Below, piece by piece: positions 1 through 8,149 of a stretch of DNA of 20,000 nucleotides (the stretch's first letter is position 1; each line of letters opens with the position of its first letter). Under the pieces are notes generated by a model. That model did no database searches and was not told where the DNA came from. It saw only the letters and a program-made list of their open reading frames with translations. This DNA is from an uncultured virus (IMG/VR IMGVR_UViG_650377941_000004). Taxonomy: Duplodnaviria; Heunggongvirae; Uroviricota; Caudoviricetes. Both the position numbers and the translations under genes were made by a program. The stretch is taken from the IMG/VR virus record IMGVR_UViG_650377941_000004; one strand, written 5' to 3'.

Positions 1-135
1 GGCACTAAGACTTGGGCAGAGATGCCCGCATCCCGCCGCGCCGGTGTCAAGAAAGTTCTGGCCGAGCGCATAAACAAGGGCGAGATCACCGCAGACGACT
101 ACAAGGACATCACGGGCGAAGACTATGCAGCATAA
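1..135 (+). CDS. 3' part of XkdX-like small phage protein (5'-truncated by window)
   Basis: Frame 1 reads ...KKVLAERINKGEITADDYKDITGEDYAA*; the G-x-IT...Y..ITGE.Y ending is typical of XkdX family; lies just upstream of lysis genes. Confidence 0.7.
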   Translation, partial: GTKTWAEMPASRRAGVKKVLAERINKGEITADDYKDITGEDYAA

Positions 136-298
136 AAGCTGGCCCGATCTGTGCGAAAGCCTGCTGACCCGGCTGGAAACCAGTGGTGCGGACACGACCG
201 CAGAGCGCGGCGAATTTGCCGTGCTGGTGGCTGAGTGCGGGTCGAGCGGCTGCAAAATGGCATTGAGCCAGAAAGGAGAAAACGACAATGGCGATTAA
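125..298 (+). CDS. Small hypothetical phage protein (57 aa)
   Basis: ATG at 125, MQHKSWPDLCESLLTRLE...ENDNGD*; overlaps both neighbours and fills the gap exactly; below ORF-track cutoff. Confidence 0.55.
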   Translation: MQHKSWPDLCESLLTRLETSGADTTAERGEFAVLVAECGSSGCKMALSQKGENDNGD

Positions 299-701
299 AG
301 CCTATTCACTGGCAAAGGATGGTAACAAGAAACTGTCCGCAAATTTTGCCGTGAAAGAGTTTCGCTGCAAGGATGGGACTGACCCCATCTTTATTGATGA
401 TGTGTTGGTGAAACTGTTGCAGAACATCCGGAATCACTTTGGAAAGGCTGTTACGATCACCAGCGCATATCGCACTGCCGCCCATAACAAGGCGGTCAAG
501 GGCGCAACGTACAGTCAGCATTGCTACGGTATGGCGGCAGATATTCGGATTCAGGGCGTGGACGTGGAAACGCTCGCGACCTACGCCGAAACGCTGCTGA
601 AAAACACCGGCGGCATCGGACGTTACCCGGTAAAAACTGGTCGTCCTGCTGGCTGGGTACACATCGACACCCGTGCGGTAAAGAGCCGTTGGGTGGGTTA
701 A
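288..701 (+). CDS. Peptidase M15 family endolysin (catalytic domain only)
   Basis: Motifs SAYRT, SQHCYGMAAD (SxHxxGxAxD) and WVHID; AAGGAG RBS; next to holin-like genes. Confidence 0.88.
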   Translation: MAIKAYSLAKDGNKKLSANFAVKEFRCKDGTDPIFIDDVLVKLLQNIRNHFGKAVTITSAYRTAAHNKAVKGATYSQHCYGMAADIRIQGVDVETLATYAETLLKNTGGIGRYPVKTGRPAGWVHIDTRAVKSRWVG

Positions 702-719
702 GAGTAGGAGGAAAACAAA

Positions 720-1115
720 ATGGAGAACATTCTGAAAGTTTTTCTGATGGCATTCCCTGAATGGCTGGCCTGTATCTTCATGATGGTCGGCCTTGTGGTC
801 ACGGCGCTGGCGGCGGTACGTCTGGGCTACGGCCTTGTGGTCGCAAAGACTGTGTACAAGTGGATCGTCAACGCAGAGGAAAAGTTCGGCAGTGGCGCGG
901 GTGCAGAAAAGAAAGCCCATGTCATTGCCGTACTGCGTGGGTACACCCCGGACTGGCTGGACTGGGCAATCAATGAGCGGACGCTGGATTGGATCGTGCA
1001 ACTTGTGTTCGACTTTACCAAGAAGAAGCTCGAAGATTACATGGCAAAGAAATCTGCAGAAACCACTACTGTGGCCCATTTCGGTAACGTGGGGGAGAAC
1101 AAGCGTAATGACTGA
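720..1115 (+). CDS. Holin-like phage membrane protein
   Basis: AGGAGG RBS; N-terminal hydrophobic helix, then AEEKFGSGAGAEKK as in LL-H-like holins; lysis context. Confidence 0.65.
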   Translation: MENILKVFLMAFPEWLACIFMMVGLVVTALAAVRLGYGLVVAKTVYKWIVNAEEKFGSGAGAEKKAHVIAVLRGYTPDWLDWAINERTLDWIVQLVFDFTKKKLEDYMAKKSAETTTVAHFGNVGENKRND

Positions 1116-1425
1116 CGAGGAACTGGAACATCGCCTGACAGCGGTCGAAAACCGTGCACAGAGCAACACCCACCGGCTGGACGAGCTGGGGAAGCTGACC
1201 GATGCAGTAAACGGCATGAACACCAATATCAAGTTGACCATCCAGCAACTCGAAACCACAAACCGGAGCCTTGAAGTTGTGACGGCACAGAACAAGAAGC
1301 AGGACGACCGCTTGACCGCGCTGGAAAAAGCCCCCGGAGTATTTGGAAACAAACTCTGGTGGGCAGTCATTGCGGCAGTGATCGCAGGCTTTGTTGCATC
1401 TGAATTGGCAAGGTATCTCCACTAA
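1108..1425 (+). CDS. XhlA/haemolysin-like holin-associated protein (105 aa)
   Basis: Likely start ATG 1108 (MTDEELEHRLTAVENRAQSNTHRLDEL...); coiled coil plus C-terminal TM segment (LWWAVIAAVIAGFVA). Confidence 0.7.
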   Translation: MTDEELEHRLTAVENRAQSNTHRLDELGKLTDAVNGMNTNIKLTIQQLETTNRSLEVVTAQNKKQDDRLTALEKAPGVFGNKLWWAVIAAVIAGFVASELARYLH

Positions 1426-1432
1426 GTAAAGC

Positions 1433-1481
1433 AATGCCCCACTGGCATCCTGACGGATTGCTGGCGGGGCATTTTTTGTTT
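1433..1481 (+). terminator. Intrinsic terminator after lysis cassette
   Basis: AATGCCCC...GGGGCATT stem followed by T-tract. Confidence 0.75.
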
Positions 1482-1585
1482 GCGCAAAGATTACAAAATA
1501 ATTACAGATTATGCGGTGCGCCACAAACGGGCCGAAAATTGGTGTTCAACCAGTGAAAAGTAGCCGGAAGCCGCATAAAGGGAAT

Positions 1586-1635
1586 AGTTCGCTTGTTGAT
1601 GTGCAAGGTGGACCAAACAAAAATAATCCGAACTT
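1586..1635. other. Attachment-site junction: prophage right end / island left end
   Basis: AGTTCG(1586-91)-N17-TGGACCA(1609-15) has identical spacing to 19527-19556; AATCCGAACTT (1625-35) is the exact reverse complement of 19526-19536. Confidence 0.8.
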
Positions 1636-1671
1636 GTTTCCGATAGGAGACGGGTTCGGATTATTTGTTTT
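1621..1671 (+). terminator. Hairpin at island left end (terminator-like)
   Basis: 13-bp inverted repeat AAATAATCCGAAC (1621-33) / GTTCGGATTATTT (1654-66) followed by GTTTT. Confidence 0.5.
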
Positions 1672-1746
1672 CTTCGGAAAGTTCAATGCAGGTGTCCGTG
1701 GAAGATGAAAATTAAGGATAATGAACTATTAATCGCAAATAATCTG

Positions 1747-1755
1747 TGCTATAAT
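1747..1755 (+). promoter_or_regulatory. Extended -10 promoter for peptidase-DUF4411 operon
   Basis: TGcTATAAT followed by GGGAGG RBS and ATG 1775. Confidence 0.65.
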
Positions 1756-1774
1756 ACTAAAGGGAGGTGTCATA

Positions 1775-2947
1775 ATGCAGATTAACGTGAAGTTGTCTCC
1801 AGATGTGCTAGACTGGGTTATGGCACATATTCAACAAGAAAATGTTCCGCGGGATGTTGTAAAGTATTTAACAATATGGAAAAGTGGTGAAAAATTGCCC
1901 ACTTTTAATCAGATCGAAAAAGTTAGTAAAGCATCTGGAATCCCATTTGGGTATTTTTTCCTCCAAGAACCTCCCAAAGAAGAATTTCCGTTATTAGAGT
2001 ACAGAACCATAGATAGCACATCGGCAATGAATCCGAGCAGAAATATTATTGATGTTATGCATGATATGGAACAAGTTCAGGATTGGGCTAGAAATCATGC
2101 TATAGAGGAAGAACAGCAGGCTCCAGAATTTATTGGAAGCCAAAAAAACAATGTGGATACTGAAGACTTTGCCGAATATGTCCGAACAGTTTTAGAGTTA
2201 GAAATTAAATGGTATGAAAACAGCAAATCGGCTGTAGAGTCTTTTAAAACACTGAGAGATAAAATTAGTCAAGCAGGCGTTATTGTTATGATGAGTGGTA
2301 TTGTTGGAAATAATACGCATCGACCGCTCGACATAAATGAATTTCGTGCTTTTGCGATGGTAGATGATCTTGTACCATTAATTTTTATCAATTCAAACGA
2401 TTCGGTTAGCGGGAAACTATTTTCTTTGCTACACGAATTTGCTCATATATGTATAGGAAATAATAGTTTATACAATGACAGATATAGCTCTGGAACAAGG
2501 GTTAGTAAGGCGGAAAGTGTATCTAATGCAGTGGCTGCGGAAATTTTAGTTCCACAGGTCATGTTTGAGAAAAAGTGGAAAGAAATCGATAAATTTGATG
2601 ATCCAATTAAAACGATTGATGCGCTTACAAAGTATTTTAGCTGTGGGACGACAGTTATAGCAAGGAAAGCATTAGATAACGGATATATTGATTATTCTGT
2701 ATATAGGAAGCTGTCACAAATTGCGGTTAATCGTTACAATGAAAAACGAAAAAAGGAAAAAGAGCAAGGCGGTGGCGGAGACTATTATAGAACTGCGGCA
2801 AGCCGAATTGATACACGGTTTTTCAAGAGCTTGGTCTCAAGCGTTCACGAAGGAAAAACTTTATACACGGACGCTTTTAGACTTACTAATACCAATAGAT
2901 CTACCTTTGAAAATTTGGTTAACAAAATGGGGGGTGGGTCGAAGTGA
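1775..2947 (+). CDS. HTH + ImmA/IrrE (M78) Zn-metallopeptidase; putative antitoxin
   Basis: XRE-like N-terminus (WKSGEKLPTFNQIEKVSK), HExxH motif LLHEFAH, E..SNAVAAEILVP. Confidence 0.9.
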   Translation: MQINVKLSPDVLDWVMAHIQQENVPRDVVKYLTIWKSGEKLPTFNQIEKVSKASGIPFGYFFLQEPPKEEFPLLEYRTIDSTSAMNPSRNIIDVMHDMEQVQDWARNHAIEEEQQAPEFIGSQKNNVDTEDFAEYVRTVLELEIKWYENSKSAVESFKTLRDKISQAGVIVMMSGIVGNNTHRPLDINEFRAFAMVDDLVPLIFINSNDSVSGKLFSLLHEFAHICIGNNSLYNDRYSSGTRVSKAESVSNAVAAEILVPQVMFEKKWKEIDKFDDPIKTIDALTKYFSCGTTVIARKALDNGYIDYSVYRKLSQIAVNRYNEKRKKEKEQGGGGDYYRTAASRIDTRFFKSLVSSVHEGKTLYTDAFRLTNTNRSTFENLVNKMGGGSK

Positions 2948-3459
2948 ATCAAGAAGTTTTTCTAATAGATACAAATGCTTTGCTGACACCGCATCTTATG
3001 TATTATCCGTTTGACCTCGCACCTAGCTTTTGGGAACAGCTAGAAGAAAAACTTAAAGATGGTTCAGTTGTTCTCTTAGATATGGTGAAAAATGAAATAA
3101 CAGAGGGTCATGATGAACTTTCAAATTGGATGAAGTCATTACAGGGGATAAACATCATTGACCATAGAACTCCCGAAATCATAGAAAAATATAGTAGAGT
3201 TTTAGGTGCAGTTCAAAGCAATACATGCTATAAGCAAAGTGCGCTTGCAGAGTGGTCAAGAGAAAGTGTTGCAGATCCATGGCTAATTGCAACTGCGGCA
3301 GTAAGAAAATTAACAATAGTAACATTTGAAAAAAAGAATGGTGGTCTGTCACCCAAAAATCCGAGTAAAAATGCTAAAATACCAGATGTGGCGATTGAGT
3401 TTGGAGTAAGCGTTTGTGATCTATATTATATGATGAGAAGTTTATCATTTCGTCTTTAA
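2944..3459 (+). CDS. DUF4411-family PIN-like nuclease; putative toxin
   Basis: FLIDTNAL, ADPWLIATA, IVTFE, KIPDV motifs; GTGA overlap with upstream stop. Confidence 0.85.
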   Translation: MNQEVFLIDTNALLTPHLMYYPFDLAPSFWEQLEEKLKDGSVVLLDMVKNEITEGHDELSNWMKSLQGINIIDHRTPEIIEKYSRVLGAVQSNTCYKQSALAEWSRESVADPWLIATAAVRKLTIVTFEKKNGGLSPKNPSKNAKIPDVAIEFGVSVCDLYYMMRSLSFRL

Positions 3460-3465
3460 TAGAAC

Positions 3466-3753
3466 CTAAATTGCATTATGTGATATAACAAAAACAGGGT
3501 GCGCCCGCCCGGACGCACCCTGCCAAAAGCCACAGACAATAACGATATGTACAGCAGGAAGTTCCCCAACGGGAACTTCCTGTTTTTCTTTTCCTGCAAG
3601 ATGAGCCTGTTCTGTCTGCCATGCGGCAAACTCCCTCTGGCCTTCCTCGCTGTTCCAGCAGGCAAGGATGGCCGGGTAGAATGCCCGCGCCAGACGGTCA
3701 ATGACTTCATCGGGATAAGGGGAAGTATTTGTGGACTTTTTCTTTTTGTTCAA
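3466..3753 (-). CDS. Small hypothetical element backbone protein
   Basis: TTG start at 3753 after AAAGGAG RBS; core IDRLARAFYPAI...SEEGQREFAAW resembles small proteins I recall at ends of clostridial IMEs. Confidence 0.6.
   Translation of the reverse strand: MNKKKKSTNTSPYPDEVIDRLARAFYPAILACWNSEEGQREFAAWQTEQAHLAGKEKQEVPVGELPAVHIVIVCGFWQGASGRAHPVFVISHNAI
3555..3592 (+). terminator. Intrinsic terminator of peptidase-DUF4411 operon
   Basis: Perfect 12-bp stem CAGGAAGTTCCC-caac-GGGAACTTCCTG followed by TTTTTCTTTT. Confidence 0.75.
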
Positions 3754-3897
3754 ACGCACACTCCTTTGACTGTCCCACCGTGGCAAAGCCGGGCAAGAAA
3801 ATCAAAGTTCCAATTTCATGTCAGGCGCAAGGGCGCGGATGCTTTCCGCCCTGTACTTGCGGCTGGTGGCTCATTGATGGCTTACAAGTGCCTGCCG

Positions 3898-4833
3898 TTA
3901 TGCCGTTTTAGAGGATTCACTGCTGGATTCTGCAAGAACTTCGTCCAGCGTTTTCAAAAATTCAAGATGAGGTTTCAAGGCAAAGCGAAGAACTTTGACC
4001 TGTTCCGGATGCGTAAGAAGTTTCGGGTTCAAGTCGAACGTAACCTCCCAACTCTTTCGCATGAGAGATTCAGCATTGTGGAGCCGGTAGTACAGTTCGA
4101 GAAACTTTTGGGGAACATCATAGTTTTCATCAATGGTGTTGCTGGCGGCTTTCTCTGCCTGCTTCACCGTTACCTTGTTAGGCTTGACCTTCTTCGGCTT
4201 CGGCACATAATTCTTGATTTCCTCAAAAATTTCAGCCTGTTCTTCGGGCTTGGCCTTGCCGAGATTTTCGAGAAGATAATCGGGAATGTGCAGTTCCTCG
4301 CGGAAGAACCGATCACGGAAACCGGGAGACAATTCATCCGCAACGTCAACACCGTGCGCATAGTATTCTGCACGGCGGACAGAACTTGCACTGCTGTGAT
4401 TTTCCTGTGCGATGCGCTCACAGGTTTTCATAGGCTTCTGGTTGTGTTCAGACTGAACACTGCCAGATTTCTTTACAGTATGCTGATTGCCGCGAAATGT
4501 TTCGGTACGCTTTTCAGAGGAATACTGCTTGCCCATCAGAAACTTCTTTTGCTCCGGGGTTAAATTGCGCCGCCCCAACTGGTTTTTGCAAATCCAAGCG
4601 AGAACTTCTTCCCGGCTTTCAAAGGGGAGCGGCATGGTGGAGAAATAAATCTCAGGATGCTTCTGGAGAATGGCATAACGGTTGTGTCCATCAACAAGGG
4701 TATTGTTCCAGACAATCAAAGGAGAGAGCAGCTTGCCCTCTTTGAGGATGTTTTCTTCAAGCTGCTTAAATTCATCATCGGTCAGAGGAGGAATCTGGGA
4801 CTGGAACTCCGGGTCGATTTTCAGATTGATCAT
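3898..4833 (-). CDS. ParB/Srx-like N-terminal domain protein
   Basis: IDPEF...PPLTDDEFKQLEENIL..G..PLIVW...VDGHNR and NQLGRRNLT motifs; ATG 4833 after AAAGGAG. Confidence 0.8.
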   Translation of the reverse strand: MINLKIDPEFQSQIPPLTDDEFKQLEENILKEGKLLSPLIVWNNTLVDGHNRYAILQKHPEIYFSTMPLPFESREEVLAWICKNQLGRRNLTPEQKKFLMGKQYSSEKRTETFRGNQHTVKKSGSVQSEHNQKPMKTCERIAQENHSSASSVRRAEYYAHGVDVADELSPGFRDRFFREELHIPDYLLENLGKAKPEEQAEIFEEIKNYVPKPKKVKPNKVTVKQAEKAASNTIDENYDVPQKFLELYYRLHNAESLMRKSWEVTFDLNPKLLTHPEQVKVLRFALKPHLEFLKTLDEVLAESSSESSKTA

Positions 4834-4845
4834 ACGCACACTCCT

Positions 4846-6492
4846 TTATCTCTCCTGCTGCGTCTGTTCTTCCTCCCGGAAAAAGGACGCAACATTCTGC
4901 TTTGCGGTTTTCAGTTTGAGCAGTTCTTCCTTAGCTTCCTTGTACTGCTCGTAGAACTTTGCCTTTTCGGATGCCAGCTGCGCATACTCGGCTTCCAGCT
5001 TTTTCGGGCTGGGCAGCTTGGTGAGGTTGTTTGCCTTGAAATAGGCTGCTGCCGCCCGGTACGCTGTCAGCTCTGCACGATGCTGTTCCTCAAAGACTGC
5101 GGGGCGCTTGGCGGTCTTTAACTGCTGGGCAACATTCTTGGTGCTGGTGTAGGCTGCGATATGATAGCGCAGCTCATTGTTGGTCTTCATGCGACCTTCG
5201 AGGTCTTTCACCACCGCCAGCGAGTCGTGATACTTGGCTTCCAGTTTGGCGATGCGCTGGTTCAAGGTGTCCTCGTCGGTCAAGCCCTTTTCCTGCAGAA
5301 GCNNNNNNNNNNNNNNNNNNNNNNNNNNNNNNNNNNNNNNNNNNNNNNNNNNNNNNNNNNNNNNNNNNNNNNNNNNNNNNNNNNNNNNNNNNNNNNNNNN
5401 NNNNNNNNNNNNNNNNNNNNNNNNNNNNNNNNNNNNNNNNNNNNNNNNNNNNNNNNNNNNNNNNNNNNNNNNNNNNNNNNNNNNNNNNNNNNNNNNNNNN
5501 NNNNNNNNNNNNNNNNNNNNNNNNNNNNNNNNNNNNNNNNNNNNNNNNNNNNNNNNNNNNNNNNNNNNNNNNNNNNNNNNNNNNNNNCGATGCGCTGGTT
5601 CAAGGTGTCCTCGTCGGTCAAGCCCTTTTCCTGCAGAAGCTTCACGGTCTGTGCCATAATTTTGAGATTGTGTTTCGTGAGCCAACGCTTATAGCCGATG
5701 CCCTTGTCCTCGATCATCCTCGACTGGATGTCGATCAGTTTCCCGATGGCATCCTGCTTGAACTGCACCTTAGGTTTGCGTTCGGCGTTTGCCTGCAACG
5801 TGGCAAGCACTGCCGCCTTATCGAACTTGTCACTGAGATGTTTCGCTCGTATGAACTTTGTTCTTCCAGCAGGTAGATAACTTAGGCACCCACGACTTTC
5901 CTTGCCGGCAATTCCGTACTGCTGCAAGAGCCTGTCGGAAAAATCTTCAAAGCTGGTGGCACGGTACAATACAGACGAAATCTGTCTCCGCAAAGTGTCC
6001 TTCACGGTTTCAAACTTCTTCTGCTGGGGCGGCTGTCCAGCTGCGGTGAGGGCTGCGTTTTCGCGGTCAAGTTTCAACTGGCCGCGCCTGTGCGCCCAAT
6101 ACTCAGCTTCGCTCACACGCTCTTTCGAGCCGTTGAGCAGGTCGATCTGGTACAGTCCGGCACCCTCGCACAGCTCCATGACCTCGACACGCAAATGCCG
6201 CATGGTCTGGGCTGTGCTGGAGTGCTTCATGCCCTCTAGCCAGTCACGGGGCTTCTGCATATAGGGCTTGCGCTCCACCTCTCGTGTTCGGATGCTGCCG
6301 ATCACGATGTGGACGTGGATGTTTCCCGGTACTGTTGTGCCCATCCGGGTGAGTGCAGACGATGGCAGGATGAGTGGGGAAGTTGTCCTTGCAGAACTGC
6401 AAGCCAAGGGCTTGCGCCCGCTCCATGGTCAGGCCGTTCTCTACTGCGTCCTTCGGGTCGAAGCTGATGATATAATGGTGGGTCTTCACGTC
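4846..6492 (-). pseudogene. MOBP-type relaxase/mobilisation nuclease, N-terminally deleted and frameshifted
   Basis: Motif II HHYIISFDP (from 6489) and motif III HPDGHN..GNIHVHIV are split by a 1-nt frameshift near 6321-6327; no motif I or mobC upstream; C-terminus ends EEQTQQER. Confidence 0.85.
5303..5587. other. Scaffold gap (N run) flanked by identical 53-bp sequences
   Basis: 5250-5302 equals 5588-5640; collapsing them gives an in-frame relaxase. Confidence 0.9.
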
Positions 6493-6585
6493 CGCAGACT
6501 GTTCGTAAAACAGTATTCAACAAATGACACGGCAACTGGATGTCAGGATTGGTTACTGTTCACTCCGCTAGGCCTAAAAAGCATT

Positions 6586-6630
6586 AAGTCCCATGACCAC
6601 ACCGCCGAGGTGTTGGCCATGGGACTTTTT
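6586..6630. terminator. Long hairpin, possibly bidirectional terminator
   Basis: AAGTCCCATGACCACACC-gccga-GGTGTTGGCCATGGGACTT then TTT; downstream of minus-strand membrane gene. Confidence 0.6.
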
Positions 6631-6752
6631 GTGTCTGGGAGCGGCACACCTCTATCGAGGTGTAACACACTAGACTTTGTTTCAAAGTCGTGTGCCAAAG
6701 GAGATTACGCTCCTTTGAAATTTCCGTCATCATAGAGGAAAGAAACAATCTA

Positions 6753-7208
6753 TTAACTTTCCCATGCAGCAACAATGCTTCTTTCTGGGTTTTGAGGGTC
6801 AATAGTCACCTTTATAGGTGTTCCCTTGCTCACGAGAGGGTTGAACCAAAACCAATGGGACTGTCCATAATAAGTGTCTTTTCCAATCTTGTATTGGTAC
6901 CGAATCACCCAAGGATAAATTACATCTTCATCAGCAAGGTGATAGGTACTCATGTGGAATTTTATGTGAACCCTTTTTACTGCATTAACTTTTCCGGAAA
7001 CAATCTTTCCGTTTTTCAGCAGGTCTGCTTTGCGGATGTCTGTAATCCATGCTACCCCGATAATTGCCATAGCAATAAGCCACGCAGCTATGAGTGCCCC
7101 GATTCCAACTTGCTTATAGGCGATAGAAATCAGAAAAGCAACAAAAATCCCAACAGCACCAAGAATATGGAGCAAATCTTTAGAAAAGAACTTATGGATT
7201 TTTTTCAT
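6753..7208 (-). CDS. Membrane protein, DUF3592-like
   Basis: Two N-terminal TM helices then LLKNG...G.V...YP..IRYQY...G..IKVTIDPQNPERS; own RBS and promoter. Confidence 0.7.
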   Translation of the reverse strand: MKKIHKFFSKDLLHILGAVGIFVAFLISIAYKQVGIGALIAAWLIAMAIIGVAWITDIRKADLLKNGKIVSGKVNAVKRVHIKFHMSTYHLADEDVIYPWVIRYQYKIGKDTYYGQSHWFWFNPLVSKGTPIKVTIDPQNPERSIVAAWES

Positions 7209-7250
7209 GGAAAGACACTTCCTTTCTCGGTAGACAACATTATTTGTTCT

Positions 7251-7279
7251 ATTGTATCATATGCTCTGTGTTTTTTCAA
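7251..7279 (-). promoter_or_regulatory. Sigma-A promoter for membrane protein gene
   Basis: Minus strand TTGAAA-17 nt-TACAAT with TGn extension. Confidence 0.65.
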
Positions 7280-7439
7280 ACCAAGTCAAGTGATTGGTGA
7301 AACGACATGAAATAATTGCATCTCACGACAGGTCACCGAAGATAATTGGATTTTTGCAAAAAAGAGGAGTAGTGTATCGTCGAAGGATGTGTTATACTCA
7401 GTCCATGGAACAATTATGAACTTTATTGTTACTCGGCAG

Positions 7440-7570
7440 GGTTTGGGGCAGGCACGCCCCAACAAGAAGCACTTCGGAAACGCACGAGCGTTGCAGAAGT
7501 GTAGTCCCGGAGGAACACAGAATTTTCAAGAATTGAAAATTTGTGTCCACGGGACGGTTCTTGCCCTCTA
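7440..7570. other. Candidate oriT/mobilisation control region
   Basis: Non-coding; hairpins TTGGGGC/GCCCCAA (7443-62) and AATTTTCAA/TTGAAAATT (7521-41), then TCTTGCCC; upstream of relaxase remnant. Confidence 0.35.
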
Positions 7571-8081
7571 CCGCTGCGCTCAAAACGCATTTTCAACAAA
7601 TGTTTCCGAATTTTTAAGGCGCAAAAATAAGTAGAGGTGGTGCTGCTCATGTAATGGGGTCACCGTTTGCTCCGAACGAAGTTCCTGCCCCTGTTTGTGC
7701 AGCGGCGTTGACGGAAAGTCGGTATCACGTTCGGTCGGCTCATGAAATTTTCAAGGTACAACTCCCGTAAAGAAAAATACCACCCTGCAAGACAGGCGAA
7801 AAATTTTGTCGGGTGAATCGGCGGCAAAATGAATCGGGTGTGTTGCGGGGCGGTAAATCTTTCAGGGATAATCCACGGTGAGGCAGTGTTCAAAATGAAC
7901 ACGACCACATTTTGTGGGTGGCTTCAAACCAATCCACAAAGACGGTGGGATTTACAAGAAAAATACCACTGTATGTGAAATTCGTCAAGAGGGTTTTGGA
8001 AAATTTATTACGGTAAAGTGGCGATAGTAAGACTTATCCGACAAAAAACAAAAGCATATGCAGAGAAATTTTGCGCACAAA

Positions 8082-8110
8082 TTGGAAAATCGAGCTATCT
8101 GTGTTATACT
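8082..8110 (+). promoter_or_regulatory. Promoter of hsd operon
   Basis: TTGGAA-17 nt-TATACT with TGn; GGAG RBS before ATG 8150. Confidence 0.6.
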
Positions 8111-8149
8111 CAAGTCAGAATTTGTTGAGCAAAACGGAGGTACTGAGCT

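Larger units (their letters stand above)
1..1615 (+). mobile_element. Right end of a prophage (lysis module up to att core)
   Basis: XkdX, endolysin, holins, terminator, then att-like motif ending TGGACCA at 1609-1615. Confidence 0.8.

Noticed and set aside
306..1370. Long antisense ORFs (also 3499-4563, 12459-13154, 13287-14042, 18408-19760)
   Set aside because: Shadows of well-supported opposite-strand genes with no recognisable motifs (apart from the short fragment at 19674-19805).
1489..1511. ATTACA repeats near prophage end as integrase arm sites
   Set aside because: Too short and AT-rich to distinguish from chance.
1586..1615. tRNA gene at the GTTCG...ACCA motifs (also 19527-19556)
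   Set aside because: Spacing is 5 nt too long and no cloverleaf or 5' half is present.
1511..1708. 65-aa ORF as an independent gene
   Set aside because: It spans the att junction and lacks an RBS; only its 3' half matters, as the potential recombinase tail.
5250..5640. 53-bp direct repeat around the N run as a real duplication or insertion
   Set aside because: Copies directly abut the gap and merge into an in-frame relaxase; best explained as an unmerged contig overlap.
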